Source: Mesotaenium endlicherianum
Lineage: Eukaryota
Length of the DNA: 64,000 nucleotides
Reading direction: 5' to 3'
NCBI GenBank assembly: GCA_009602735.1
Contig: WELA01003517.1
Coordinates: 643,473 to 707,472, forward strand
A model generated the notes under the pieces. It was given only the letters and a program-made list of their open reading frames with translations. It had not been told where the DNA came from and made no database searches. The position numbers and the translations under genes were made by a program. Positions 11,879-24,381 of the stretch are shown one piece after another; position 1 is the stretch's first letter, and every line of letters starts with the position of its first letter.

Positions 11879-14800
11879 GCATGCACGCAATCTCACTGCA
11901 TGCACAAATTTTGAACGTGACTGTTGAGCGTGGGTGTGCGGGTGCGTGCGGGCTCTCAATCAGAATGACATCCATCATGGAGGGAGGGAGGGAGGGAGGG
12001 GGCCCCTGCCGGACTGACTACGGGCACGTGCAGGGCCCTCTTGTCATATTGCTGCTGGCTCCCAGAAGTTATGCATGAGGTAAACTTTCCCGTTCCCGCC
12101 CCCCCAACCCCCACCCCCNNNNNNNNNNNNNNNNNNNNNNNNNNNNNNNNNNNNNNNNNNNNNNNNNNNNNNNNNNNNNNNNNNNNNNNACCCCACCCTC
12201 CATGACCCCCGTAAACCGCCTCTCCCCCAGCTGACTATAGAGATGTCCATTGCTCCAAGGTGTTGCCAGCTGTCCATGTAAGGCCTAACCCCAAAGTAGT
12301 TTCAAGTGATTTGCACCCCCCGCCCTCTGTAAGCAGGGAAGCGAAGTGCCTCTCGCATCCGCTCTGCTCTACTCCGCAGTGCTGGGTTGGCTGTACCAGC
12401 GGAAGTTTCCCTCGTTGCTCGCCCTCAGCTGCTTCTCATGTGATGACTTGCTGTACTCCCATGCTGACCTCTGACTTGTTCAACCATGGCGTGCATGAAG
12501 GGTGCAGTGTGAGCCGGTCGGCTGGTTACCCGAGGTAATGGCGCGCGCACGCAGGGAGGGAGTGGCCGGCAGGAGCAACAAGCATGATGCAGCAGCAGCC
12601 GATGGGATGGTTAGGACTGCCTGCCCTCCCCTGCAATTGAGCGAACGTGCGCCCCTCCCTCCCTCCGTCCTTCCTGGCTCCCCTTGCCTGCCGCCACCTG
12701 CCTGCCTGCCTCCCCCCTTGTGCTTTGTGAGTGTGCTCTGTGTCACGTCTTTGTGACGGAAAAGCGTCGGGAATGATGGCTGACCCTGAGTGTCATGGGA
12801 GGGATGCATGCGCCCACTTCCTGCTGGAGCCTGAAACTTGCTTGCTTGGCCTTCTGTCTCAAGGGGGGCGTGCAGGCGCCAGAGGGGCCAGGGTGAAGGA
12901 GGGGGAAGGGGAGGACAAGCTCCACCGGCACGCTCCATGGGGGGGGGGGTGAGTTTTCCAGAGACGTGCCTGAGCACGGTCGCGTGCCGGTGTGCGAGGC
13001 CAGCAGCACCTTCTCGCGTGGAGTCTATGTCTGTGTGCGGTCCTTCTACGGTCTGTCTGCCGTCTCCGCCCGCGTGTGTTCCTATGTGTGTCTGTCTTCT
13101 TTGACCATCGCTCGGTTGGTTGCTCTGCCTGCCCACCCTGCCAGCCTGGCAGTCTGTCCGCCAATCTGGTCGCTCGGTCAGGCGCGCCAATACGCCGGGT
13201 GGACCGTTGCATGCCCGTTTGTCAGACAAGTAAGCATAGCTTTGGTGGGTCGAATGCATGGGGAGGTGGCGGGCGAGGTAAGGAGGGAAGAGTGCTTGCA
13301 CCCGTGTCCGCTTGACGACGACAACAAGGAGGAGGAGGAGGAGGAGAGGCAGCAGCAGCAGCAGCAGCAGCCCCGTCTGCCGTCACAAGCCATACGCCTC
13401 TCAACACCCACCGGTAAGTCGAGGTGGAGCCTGTCGGTCTGTCGTCTGTCTAGTGTGCTTGGAGATGACTCGGTGACTTTGCGGGCGCTGCTCTTCTTGT
13501 CTTTCGGCAGAAGATGGCTGACCATGGAGGGTTTCCGTGGGGGGTGGGCATGTGTGGCCTTGTGCTTCTCCTAGAACAGAGGGGAAAGTCCACCAAGAGC
13601 AGCAGCCGCAGCAGCAGTAGCAGCAGCGGCAACCGCCATTGCAGACATCAGCCGCCGCGACTTGAAATTTGAAAATTTAAGTCAGATTGCCTCTGAGGCA
13701 TGCGCCTTGTCCTCCTCCAAGCCAGCCTGATCCCTTCTCAACATCTGCAGCTGCTGCTGCATGCTCAACCTCCTCTCGCGCACCACTTGGCACCCCGCCT
13801 GCCTCGCCTCGCCTATTGCATAAGGTCACAGACAATGAAGCCCTCATAAATGATAAAAAATAAGAACATGAGAAATCTGCTCGTTCATTTCTCCTCGCAC
13901 CAGTGCGGGCGTTTGTGTTGGCTCGTGCCTGGCCAGCACACGCGGGCATGGACGCTTCGCGTCTTTGGATGCAAGTGTGTGTTTGCGTGTATGTCTGTGT
14001 GTTTGTCTGTGAGTGCTTGTGCTCGTGTTTATTTGCAATGGGTGGATGGGACAAGGTGCCAGCTTTGCGGGCAGTAGACTCGTCTCCCCCACTCTTTGAC
14101 AACTGCACGTGTGTTGTATGTTGTGTCTTGCGGTGGGGGGTTGCATGCTTGCGCCATTTGGGACTGGTGCGGCAGCCAGAGGGAGACTAAAGCGAGGAGG
14201 GGCGAGAGCCACGTGCGGAGCATGGCGCCCCGAACGCTCCTCCTCCTCCTGCCTCCGGCAGTTGCAAGCTCGTCTCCTCGCCCCCATCATATGGGTTCAC
14301 GCCTAGTCGGCCCCCAAGGCCAGGAGGTACAGGTGGTGCCAGGTTGGGCCAGGTTGTGCCCGCTGGCACCTGGAGGTGCTCCCGGCCCCGACCCCGATGT
14401 ATGTCCCCCCGACAAGCTGAGCTCGTTTGAAGATCTCTGCTCTCGAGTCGCCCAAACTCTTTGACAACATGCATGCATCCCGCCTGATGAGTAACGAGCA
14501 CCCCCTTTGTGCTGAGGATGCGAAACAAGCTTGTCGCAGACTCTGGGTGGCTGGCGTGGTAGACTCAAACACGTCTGTGGTTATTTACGTGGGTTCGATG
14601 CAAAGTCCCTCCTTGCTCTTCCCTGTCAGTCAGAATCGGAGTGCCCAAAAGTTTGTCGGGCGACCAGCCTGAGGTCCTCTGTCTTGTTCCTTTCCTCCTG
14701 GAAGCTCCCGCGGAGCTAGTCGCGGATGTCATGCCCGGTGCAGGTGAGGATGGGGGCATGCCTGATGCCGCCCAGCATAACATCAGCAGAGCTCCTGCTT

Positions 14801-15365
14801 CTATCAGCCTGGATACGCTGAGGAAGTTTGTTGAGGTGCTCCTTCCCTCTCTCTCTCTTCCTGTGTCTTATCCTTGTTTGGGTCACTTTTTGTTGGGGTA
14901 TTACGTGTCGCAGGAAGGCAGGTGGACGAGCAGGAGCAGGAGCAGCACCACCAGAGGCAGCAACTCTCTCGGCTGCCTCGGCAATTCAAAGATGAGCAGA
15001 CCACCTCATGACGCAATCCACGCGTTCCTCTACTTTTGCTCTTCAGACCCAGAAAACTATAAAGTGAGTGGATGTGTGTAGCATTCGTATAAAGATTTGA
15101 ACATAAAAGGTGGACATGCGTGCGGGCGTGCGCCTGGCCAGTGTGCGTCAGCACGCACGCTCCACGTCTGCGTACGTTTCTCTTCCAGCGCTTGTGTCTT
15201 ACTGGGTGTGTCTACACGCACACAAGCACGGACACAGGCACACATGCATACACACACGCACTCACGCTCAACTCACCCACACCCCAGCACATCCACGCCC
15301 ACACACAGGCGCACACATGCACATGCACATGCACATGCATACGCACATGCATATGCATGCAGACA

Positions 15366-15421
<56 letters not shown>

Positions 15422-17299
15422 AAGACACACGGACATGCTGACACGCACAGGCACACGCACAGACACAGACGCAGTCACGCGCCCAATCTGACAGGACGTG
15501 CAAATGTGATCCCGGGCTGTTGATCGTGGGTGCGCGTGTGCGCGAAAAGACTTGCTCAGGGCAACGTGCATCAGGAAGGGAGGGAAGGGTCCTTTGGGCG
15601 TGGCCTCTGTCATCGCCCTCTGCGCCACCGCATGTGAGCGCTGGCTCTGGAGTCCCTCACAAGGTAGAAGTTCCTCCCTCCCTCCCCCCTGTCCTTGCCA
15701 AACTAATCATATATAAAGGGGACGCAGGGGCCTGGCCCCTTCTCTTCCACCTGCTCTGCTCTGCTCTGCCGGGTGGCCCAAACAAGAGGGTGCCGCATGT
15801 AGGGCTTGCTTTCAGTGCTTCCTCCTGTGCCAAACAGTCACTTTCCCTCCCAGGCTGACCTTCAGATTGCTCACATGCGACTTGTGTGGATGACGCAGGC
15901 CGAGCTGGCCGGCTGACTGGGGCGCTGCCACAAGCGCTCGGAGGTTTGGAGAAAGGGGCTGGCCGGCCACGACATGCGTGCAGCAGCAGCAGCAGCGGAC
16001 TGTCGGTAGGTGGACTGGCTGCCTTTGCCAGTTGAGCAGCAATGGCGTCCTTCCTTCCTGGCTCCCCTTCTTTCCTGCCTGCCTGCCTGCCTACCTGCCT
16101 CCCTCGTGCGCTCCTGCTCGCCTCTGCCGTGTCATCTCAAGGGAAAAAACATGATCAGGACTGAAGCCTAACCCTGTGTGACGCGCACACTCTCCGCCGG
16201 AGCTCGACACATGGCTCGCCTCGGTCTTTTCTATTGCAGGGGAGGCCGGAGGTGCCAGACCAGAGAAAGAGCGAGGGAGGCCAACGCTTGCTTCTCTCCC
16301 GAGGGTGAGTCCCTGGGGGGCGTGTGTGTCGTGCATGAGCTCCGCCGAGTGCGGGTGTGCCTGGCCAGCACCCTCCCGCGCCCGAACTAGCTCAGCTCTG
16401 GGAGTCTGTGTGTCCGTCCGTCCGTCCTTCCGTCTAGCGGTCCCTTCGTCTGTCCCTCGGTCAATGTGTCGGTCTGTTGGTCTGTCTGCCAGTCCGTCGG
16501 TCCACTTGTCTTTAGGCCGTCTCTCTGCCACTGTGGCTGCCGGTCACCCTGCCCGCCCGCCCATCTCCCTGATTGCCTGGCCGTCCGCGTCTGGTCGTTT
16601 TCTGTGCAGCGCGAGTACGGTGGGTGCTCCATTGCGTGCCACTTGGTCAGCTTCTGAGCACAGCCCCTGTGCTGCTTTGGCGGGTGGGAATGTGCGCGGG
16701 GTGGGCAAGGAAAAGCTGGAGAAGCTGTTATGTCAACGAGGAGGAGGAGGTGGAGGAGGAGGATGAGCAGCCGCAGCAGCAGCAGCGCCGTCTGACGTCA
16801 CAAGTCAGTCGTCTCTCTACACCCCGTATAGAGGAGCAGTCCATCGATTTGCATTGTATCTGCTGCATATATTTCTGAGCTTTGCTGTTGCTGTGTTCCA
16901 GCAGATGGCGGCCGACCACAGAGTTCCTCTGTGGGGCGGTGGGGTGTCTCTCCAGGCAAAGTAGAGCAGGAGCAGCAGCAAGAGCAGAGGCGGCCGCAAC
17001 AATCTGCCGTCGCAATTTCAAAGCTGAGTCAAGTTGCCCCTAAAGCATGCGCCTCTTCCTCCTCCTCCCAGCCAGCCCGTTCCCTCTCCGAACTCTGCAT
17101 TTGCTTCACTTCTTGTTGCTGTTCTTCCTCCCAACACCCCGTCTCTCTACCTCTGCTTGCGCATACGGACTTATAGTGTACGTATTAAGATATTTAGAAA
17201 TAAAAAAGAAAACATATGTTTGATCATATATTGCACCAATGAGGGCGTCTGTGCAGGCGCGTGCCTGGCCAGCATGCGTCGGCGCAAACGCTCCGCATC

Positions 17300-17349
<50 letters not shown>

Positions 17350-18600
17350 CGCGTGTGTGTGTGTGTGTGTGCGTGCGTGCGTGCGTGTGTGTGTGTGCCT
17401 GCGTGTTTGTGCGTGCGTGTGTGTGTGCATATGTGTGTGCGTGTGTGTGTGTGGGTGTGCCTGTGCGTGTGCGTGTGCGCATGTGCATGCACGTCGCACC
17501 TCACAGGCTCTCTTAATCAACGAATGAGAAGATGATGCCAGCCTTGCTAACATTAGACTTGTCTCGCGTGCCCTCTGACGACTATATGCCTGGGATTTCT
17601 GATGTCTTTGGGAGTTGTGGAGGGCTGAATGGCAGGCAACGTTCAAGACGGGTGCAGCCGCTTGTGGGAGAAGGCGAGGAGTCGCAAGAGATCCACATGC
17701 GAGTGGAGTGCAGGCCACCTTCGGAGTCCCTTTCTCTTTCCCTCCCCGTCGTGTTCTTTCAAGTCTTAGCAATATCCATCCAGGGCAAGCTGAGCCCGAA
17801 AGACATCTCCCTTCTTTTTTACTTTCTTGTTGCAAGGGAGATGGGACGTGGGAGCAGGACCGAGAAGCTGCATGGAGCGCGTTGCAAAAAGGAAGGAAGA
17901 ACGCAAGCACTCGCACTCGCACCTCCCAAATGCGGCGCTGCAGCTGCGGCAGTGCCGTGCACGGTTACCCGAGCATTGCCACCGGCCCCCTGTCGCTTTC
18001 TTGCAAACTTATTTTCTTATGGCAAGTGTGAGGTTGTGCTTGCGTATTGTCTCCCCACGCCTAAGTTGGGACAGGCCAGGGATGTGATGTGGTGGTGCAG
18101 GACTATCTGGTAGACACGCCTGCACGTGCACAGGCGGCCAGGTTCCACATACCCACGTGTGCCAGGTGGTAAGTGGTAGTCGGGCGCACGCTAGCTGGTG
18201 CCATTGTTTCTGCTCTCTCTTCCCCTGGTAAGCGCTCCTCCCCACCCCCTACCAATTCCTGCCAGCCAGGGCTGAAGGTAAGTTTTTGTATGCTGAATAC
18301 AGTCACTCACTCTTGCCCTCACTGACTCCTCTGTGCTTCTTCCTCCTTGCTGTGCTGACTCTTGACTCTTCCGTTCAGGTGCTCACTCGCGGGCGTGGGT
18401 GGGAGCGGGCGTGGCTGCATCCTCAACGCGCGCGCGCGCTCATGTGTAAGTACAAGCTGGTGGGGGCCATCTCATCTCCGGGCGGCAGGTGAAGCTCCTG
18501 CAGCACCTTCCCTCCGTGTCACCTTCAGGTATGTGCTTAACATATGCGTTTGCCCAAGGTGCAGCAGGCCTGGAGTGTTCGATGAGCACCCTCTCCGTCC
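8800..18600. repeat. Degenerate tandem duplication, period ~3.4 kb, with partial extra copies
   Basis: Homologous blocks recur at ~11300/14690 (CCTCCTGG(G/A)AGCTCC(T/C)GC..GATGTC), ~13330/16740 (GAG/CAG runs then CCGTCTG.CGTCACAAG), ~11720/15133 and ~13929/17265 (CCTGGCCAG), and ~8835/10790 (CATGGCAC..TGCCTGCTGACG.CAGCC..GTGCCACCTGGC). Confidence 0.65.
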
Positions 18601-18644
18601 TGCTTGCACTGACAGGGAGGGGTCCATGTGGGTGTGGATGCGGG

Positions 18645-18995
18645 ACTGGGATACGTGCAGGTTCTGGATCTGGATTCTATATTTGAGATAATTTGGAATT
18701 GGACTTTGGACTTGGACTTGGATGTACAACTCAAGATGCAATTGGACATGGATATGGATATAAATTTGGATTTGGATTTAAAATTTGCATTTGCGTTTAA
18801 AATTTGGATTTGGATATGGATAGAAATATGGACATGGATTTGGATATGGATATGGATATATATTTGGACATGGATATGGATATAAATTTGGATTTTTGGA
18901 TTTGGATTTGGATTTGGATTTGGATTTGGATACGGATATGGACATCGATATGGATATGAATTTTGATATGGATTTAAATCTGAATTACAATTTGG
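18645..18995. repeat. Hexamer minisatellite (TGGATT/TGGATA)n
   Basis: Directly visible degenerate 6-bp array. Confidence 0.9.
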
Positions 18996-20148
18996 AGGCA
19001 GGGAGAGAGGGGGCGAGGGGGAGGGAGGGAAGAGGACGGNNNNNNNNNNNNNNNNNNNNNNNNNNNNNNNNNNNNNNNNNNNNNNNNNNNNNNNNNNNNN
19101 NNNNNNNNNNNNNNNNNNNNNNNNNNNNNNNNNNNNNNNNNNNNNNNNNNNNNNNNNNNNNNNNNNNNNNNNNNNNNNNNNNNNNNNNNNNNNNNNNNNN
19201 NNNNNNNNNNNNNNNNNNNNNNNNNNNNNNNNNNNNNNNNNNNNNNNNNNNNNNNNNNNNNNNNNNNNNNNNNNNNNNNNNNNNNNNNNNNNNNNNNNNN
19301 NNNNNNNNNNNNNNNNNNNNNNNNNNNNNNNNNNNNNNNNNNNNNNNNNNNNNNNNNNNNNNNNNNNNNNNNNNNNNNNNNNNNNNNNNNNNNNNNNNNN
19401 NNNNNNNNNNNNNNNNNNNNNNNNNNNNNNNNNNNNNNNNNNNNNNNNNNNNNNNNNNNNNNNNNNNNNNNNNNNNNNNNNNNNNNNNNNNNNNNNNNNN
19501 NNNNNNNNNNNNNNNNNNNNNNNNNNNNNNNNNNNNNNNNNNNNNNNNNNNNNNNNNNNNNNNNNNNNNNNNNNNNNNNNNNNNNNNNNNNNNNNNNNNN
19601 NNNNNNNNNNNNNNNNNNNNNNNNNNNNNNNNNNNNNNNNNNNNNNNNNNNNNNNNNNNNNNNNNNNNNNNNNNNNNNNNNNNNNNNNNNNNNNNNNNNN
19701 NNNNNNNNNNNNNNNNGGGGGGAGGGAGAAGAAAGAGGGGAGGGGGAGGATGGGGACCTAGTTTAAAAATTCGGCCGTACAGGCTGCATGTGCCGTATTG
19801 TACGATTTTGTACGCCGTATTTTCGTACGGCACAATTCGAGTATAAGTCGTTGTTGGTTTAATAATTTTTTTAAAGCGGAGTCGTTTTCTTTAGCACAGC
19901 ACTCTTTGTTCGTTCACATGAACCAGTTGGATCCCGATACGTGCCATTCTAACACGCTGTATGTCATACAGAATGACGTAGAGGAAGTACACGCGTGTTT
20001 GGTGCAAACGGAGTGTGCTCACGATAGATGCCGGCTTAATTGAGCATTTTGACTTTACGTGAGAAGTAATCTTATCTCTACCCTCTGTCTGCCGGGTCGA
20101 TGCTTCGTCATGCAAATTAAGCTACTCCATTGCTGTGCATGTTTGTAG

Positions 20149-20814
20149 CATCCGCGCACCTCTGCAAAACAAGAAAGTAAAAAGTCACGTCGCGAGAAGG
20201 TTAGGGGGGAGGACGACGTCTTTGGGGGCGCCTTCTTCAATTCTCTTAGTGTTGGAGATTTACGGCAGGTTAGATTTTTTACAAGTAACTGACGCCAGTG
20301 CACATGAAAATTACACCTATCTAGGCGAATATATACCTTTCCGGAACTACTCAGCATTTTATTTTATATGCAACGTCCTTCCTCCCCATCACTTATTTTC
20401 TGCCTCTGCCTTGCAGGTTTTTGCGGGCATGGATGGGATTGATTTGCCTATCACACGAGCCCATATTATTCAATGTCAACAAGAGGAGTGGCCGTCTGCC
20501 TTGCAAGGCCTGTTCGACTCCTGTGAAATCTACATTTCATGTCCTCTTCACTCTGTGTAAGATAAAAACAACATTCAGACTGCTGTACATCCTTGTGCTG
20601 TAGGGTTCAGGTTTTAGTTTTTCAGGGCTTTCTCCAGGTCCTGGGTCTGCTGGTTGTCTCTTTATCTCTTGCTCGCTTGCTTGGCTGGTCTAGTGGTCTC
20701 CTCCTCTCTCTCCTCTCTCTCTTTGTTGCTCGCGTTGTTGGCTGGTGTTGAGGTCTGCTCGTATGCTGGTTCTTCTCTCTTTCTCGCTTGCGTGGCTGGT
20801 CTGTTGGTCTGCCG

Positions 20815-20882
<68 letters not shown>

Positions 20883-23335
20883 NNNNNNNNNNNNNNNNNN
20901 NNNNNNNNNNNNNNNNNNNNNNNNNNNNNNNNNNNNNNNNNNNNNNNNNNNNNNNNNNNNNNNNNNNNNNNNNNNNNNNNNNNNNNNNNNNNNNNNNNNN
21001 NNNNNNNNNNNNNNNNNNNNNNNNNNNNNNNNNNNNNNNNNNNNNNNNNNNNNNNNNNNNNNNNNNNNNNNNNNNNNNNNNNNNNNNNNNNNNNNNNNNN
21101 NNCTTGCTTGCTTGCTTGTTTACCCGCTGGTCTGCTGGTGTGGTGGTTCTCTCTCCTCGCCCCCCCCTCTCTCTCTTCCCCCCTATCTCTCTTGCTGGCT
21201 TTCTTCGCTGGTGTTGGAGTCTTGGTGGTGTGCTGGTTCTTTCCCTCCTCTCCTCTCTCTCTCTCCACTCTCCCTCTCTCCCCCCTCTCTCTTGCTTTCT
21301 GTCTTGGTTGGTCTTTTGGTCTGCTGGTCCGCTGGTCCTCTCTCTCCTCTCTCCTCTCTCCTCTCTCTCTCCCCTTCTTCTCTCTCTCCCCCTCTCTCTT
21401 GCTTTCTTGACTGGTTTTCGGGTCCGGTGAGCTGCTGGTTCTCTCTCTCCTCTCTTCTCTCTCTCTCTTTCATGTTCGCTTGCTTGGGTGCTCTCTGTCC
21501 ATCACTCCTGCTCGCTTTTTTCGGCTGGTTTTGAGGTCTGCTCAGCTGCTGGTTCTGTCTCTCTTGCTTTTTGCTTGGCCGGTCCTCTGCTCTGCTGGTT
21601 GTCCCACTTCCCTCCTCTCTCCCCCCCCCTCCTGTCTCTCTCTTTCTCTTTCTCTCTATGTCTCTCTTTCTCCCTTGTTTGCTTGCTTGGTTACTCTTCT
21701 GGTCTGCTGGTGTGCTCGTTCTCTCTCCTCGCCTCCCCCTCTCTCTCTCCCCCCTCCTCTCTCTTGCTTGCTTTCTTGGCTGGTTTTGCAGGTTAGCTGG
21801 TCTGCTGGTTCTCTCTCTTCTCTCCTTTGTCTCTCGCCTCTCTCCCTCTCTCTCCCTTTCTCTTTCTCTTGCTTGCTTTCTTGGTTGGCTTTTAGGTCTA
21901 CTGGTCGGCTGGCCTCTCTCTTCTCTCTCTCTCCTATCTCTCTCTCTCCCACTCTCTGTCTTGCTTGCTCTCTTGGCTGTTTTCTTTAGGTCTTGTGGGT
22001 TGCTGGTTCTCTCTTGCCTCTCTTCTCTCTCTTTGTGATGTTCGCTTGCTTGTATGCTCTTTCTCCCTCATGCTTGCTCGCTTTGTCGACTGGTTTTGAC
22101 ATCTGCTGGTTCTGTTTCTCTTGCCTCATTGCTTGGCTGATCTGCTAGTTGTCCCTCTCCCCCGCGCTCTCTCCCCCCCCCTCTCTCTCTCTTTCTCTTT
22201 CTCTCTCTCCCTTGCTTGCTTGCTTGTCTACTCTGCTGCTTTGTTGGTCATCTCTCTCCTCTCTTCTCTCTCTCCTCTCTCTCTCCTCTCTGCCCCTCTC
22301 CCCCTCTCTTGTTTGCTCGCTTTCTTGGCTGGTTTTCAGGTCCTGTTGGCTACTGGTTCTCTCTCTCTTCTCTCCTCTCTCTCTATTGCATGCTTGCTTA
22401 GTTGCTTGTTGGTCCTCTTCTGTCCTTTCTCTCTCTCCTCTCTCTCTCTCTTACGCATTCGTTGTGCCGCTGCTGCTATGGTTCTGTTGAGCTATGCTCT
22501 CTGCTTGCTACTCTGCTTTGCTGCTGCAGTATTGCTGTGGTATTTTCCTTCTGCTGTGCTGTTGTGCTGCGAGGGGGTGCTGCTGTTCTGCCGTGCTGCT
22601 AGGCTTCTTTGCACCTGCTGCTGCTAGGGGATGCTGGTGTTCTGCTGTGCGCCTAGGTTGCTTTGCACCTGCTGCTGCTGTGTTTGTGCTGCTGTCCTGC
22701 TCTTCTTTGCTGTGCTGTGTTGTGCTGCTGTGTACTGTGCTACTCTTGCTTCTTTTGCTTTGATGCTTGATTATGCAGAACCTGTGCACCCACTTCACAT
22801 GCAGCAACCCCCACTCCCAAGCTGTTGCTGCCATGACGCTGCGGCGATTGTCACATGAAGTGGTTATGTACGGAGGGTGCTTGGCAATGGACCCATCACC
22901 AAGTGTGACGCATGTGGTCGTGTACTCCTTGCCAGACCAGCCTGTCTTATTTGACAACATTTTGACGTGGTACGTCACGACACACTCTGAGACCGTCCCT
23001 TTTGCATGTGTTTCATAGTTCTAATATCAGCATGCATCTGCATTGCTCTGCTCTGCTTTGCTTTGCTTTGGTGTACTCTTCAGTATACGGGACTTTGGGC
23101 TCTATATGGCTTGCTGACTTTTGCACAATTTTGTAATATTTGCCCTCCCATGGCATGAATATTTGTCTTATGTGTTTATGTCCTTTGGGAGGATAATGTG
23201 GGCAGTCTTGGAGAGAGTGCGCGCTCTATGCTCTTATCCCCAGGTACCAGTTTGTTGTCACACTTGTGGCTGGAGGATAGCTATAAGGCCGGCAAGCAAG
23301 TTCCATTAGCAGAATATGACCTTAGGTCTAACTGA
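20149..23335 (+). CDS. DNA ligase IV C-terminal fragment (XRCC4-interacting region + BRCT2) carried inside the hAT element; start codon unresolved
   Basis: Exons 20149-20268, 20417-20556, 22805-22969 and 23206-23335 (TGA) have canonical AG/GT borders and matching phases, giving 184 aa without stops: ..EKVRGEDDVFGGAFFNSLSVGDLRQ|VFAGMD..GLFDSCEIYI..|NPHSQAVAAMTLRRLSHEVVMYGG..VTHVVVY..|..LLSHLWLEDSYKAGKQVPLAEYDLR. This is collinear with the LIG4 XIR (D.YGDSY....D...LK.VF) and BRCT2 (GG, THVV, W..DS) as recalled. Confidence 0.75.
20640..22760 (+). repeat. Compound low-complexity repeat (CTGCTGGT / (CT)n / CTTGCTTG units) filling intron 2 of the LIG4-like gene
   Basis: Directly visible. The same family occurs in inverted orientation at 23650-24380, 25600-26524 and 36998-37840, inside transposase introns. 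Confidence 0.85.
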
Positions 23336-24261
23336 TTTACAATGTAGCGCTCATGTCATTCATTGTTTGTTAATGGCACTATTGAGACTTATTTGTCGTA
23401 TCATAATTTCACGTGTTGAGTGAAGTTGTCAATTTAATCACAGCTTCTCTTCATCTCTACACTAGCTTCTATCCTATGCTATACTAATATGTGTTTGCTG
23501 TATTCTCTTTAGCTTAGCCTCTTATATGAGTATGCATTAATTCTATTATCTCATACTTAATAATATTAGACACCCAAATTCGATGCAATGCTCACAAGTA
23601 CTGCACAATATGAAGATGAGTAGGTATGTAAGAGATGCTATGCACTAGCAAGAGAGAGAGAGGAGAGAGAACGAGTGGACCACCCAAGCAAGGCTGAGCG
23701 AGAGAGGAGAGAGCAACCCTCCAAATCAGCAAAGAAGGCAGGCAAGCAAGAGAGAGAGAGAGGGGAGAGACGCGAGAGAACCAGCAGGCTGGGCAGGCAA
23801 GCAAGCAAGGGAGAGAGAGAGAGAGAGGAGAGAGAGACGGCATACCAGCCGACCACCAGATTAGCCAAGCAAGCAAGCAAGAGACACATAGAGGGAGAGA
23901 GGAGAGAGGAGGGAGGGGAGAGAGAGAGACAAGAGAGAGAGAGAGAGAAAGAGTGAGAGAGAGAGGAGAGGAAACCAGCAAACTAGCCAAAAAAGAAAGC
24001 AAGAGGGAGATAGAAAGAGAGAGTGAGAGACAGAGAGGAGAGAGAGACGGCAGACCGGCAGACCAGCAACTCATCCAAGCAAGCAAGCAAGAGACATAGA
24101 GGGAGAGAGGAGAGAGAGAGAGGAGAGAGGAAAGAGAGAAATAGAGAGGAGGTGTGAGAGAGGAGAGAAAACCAGCAGACCAGCCAAGCAAGCAAGCAAG
24201 AGGGAGATAGAGAGGAGAGAGGCAACAGACCTGCAGACTTGCATATCAGCCAAGCAAGCAA

Positions 24262-24337
<76 letters not shown>

Positions 24338-24338
24338 N

Positions 24339-24381
<43 letters not shown>

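Noticed and set aside
18645..18995. CRISPR-like or telomeric array
   Set aside because: It is a simple degenerate hexamer repeat with no spacers, and it does not match a TTTAGGG-type telomere motif.
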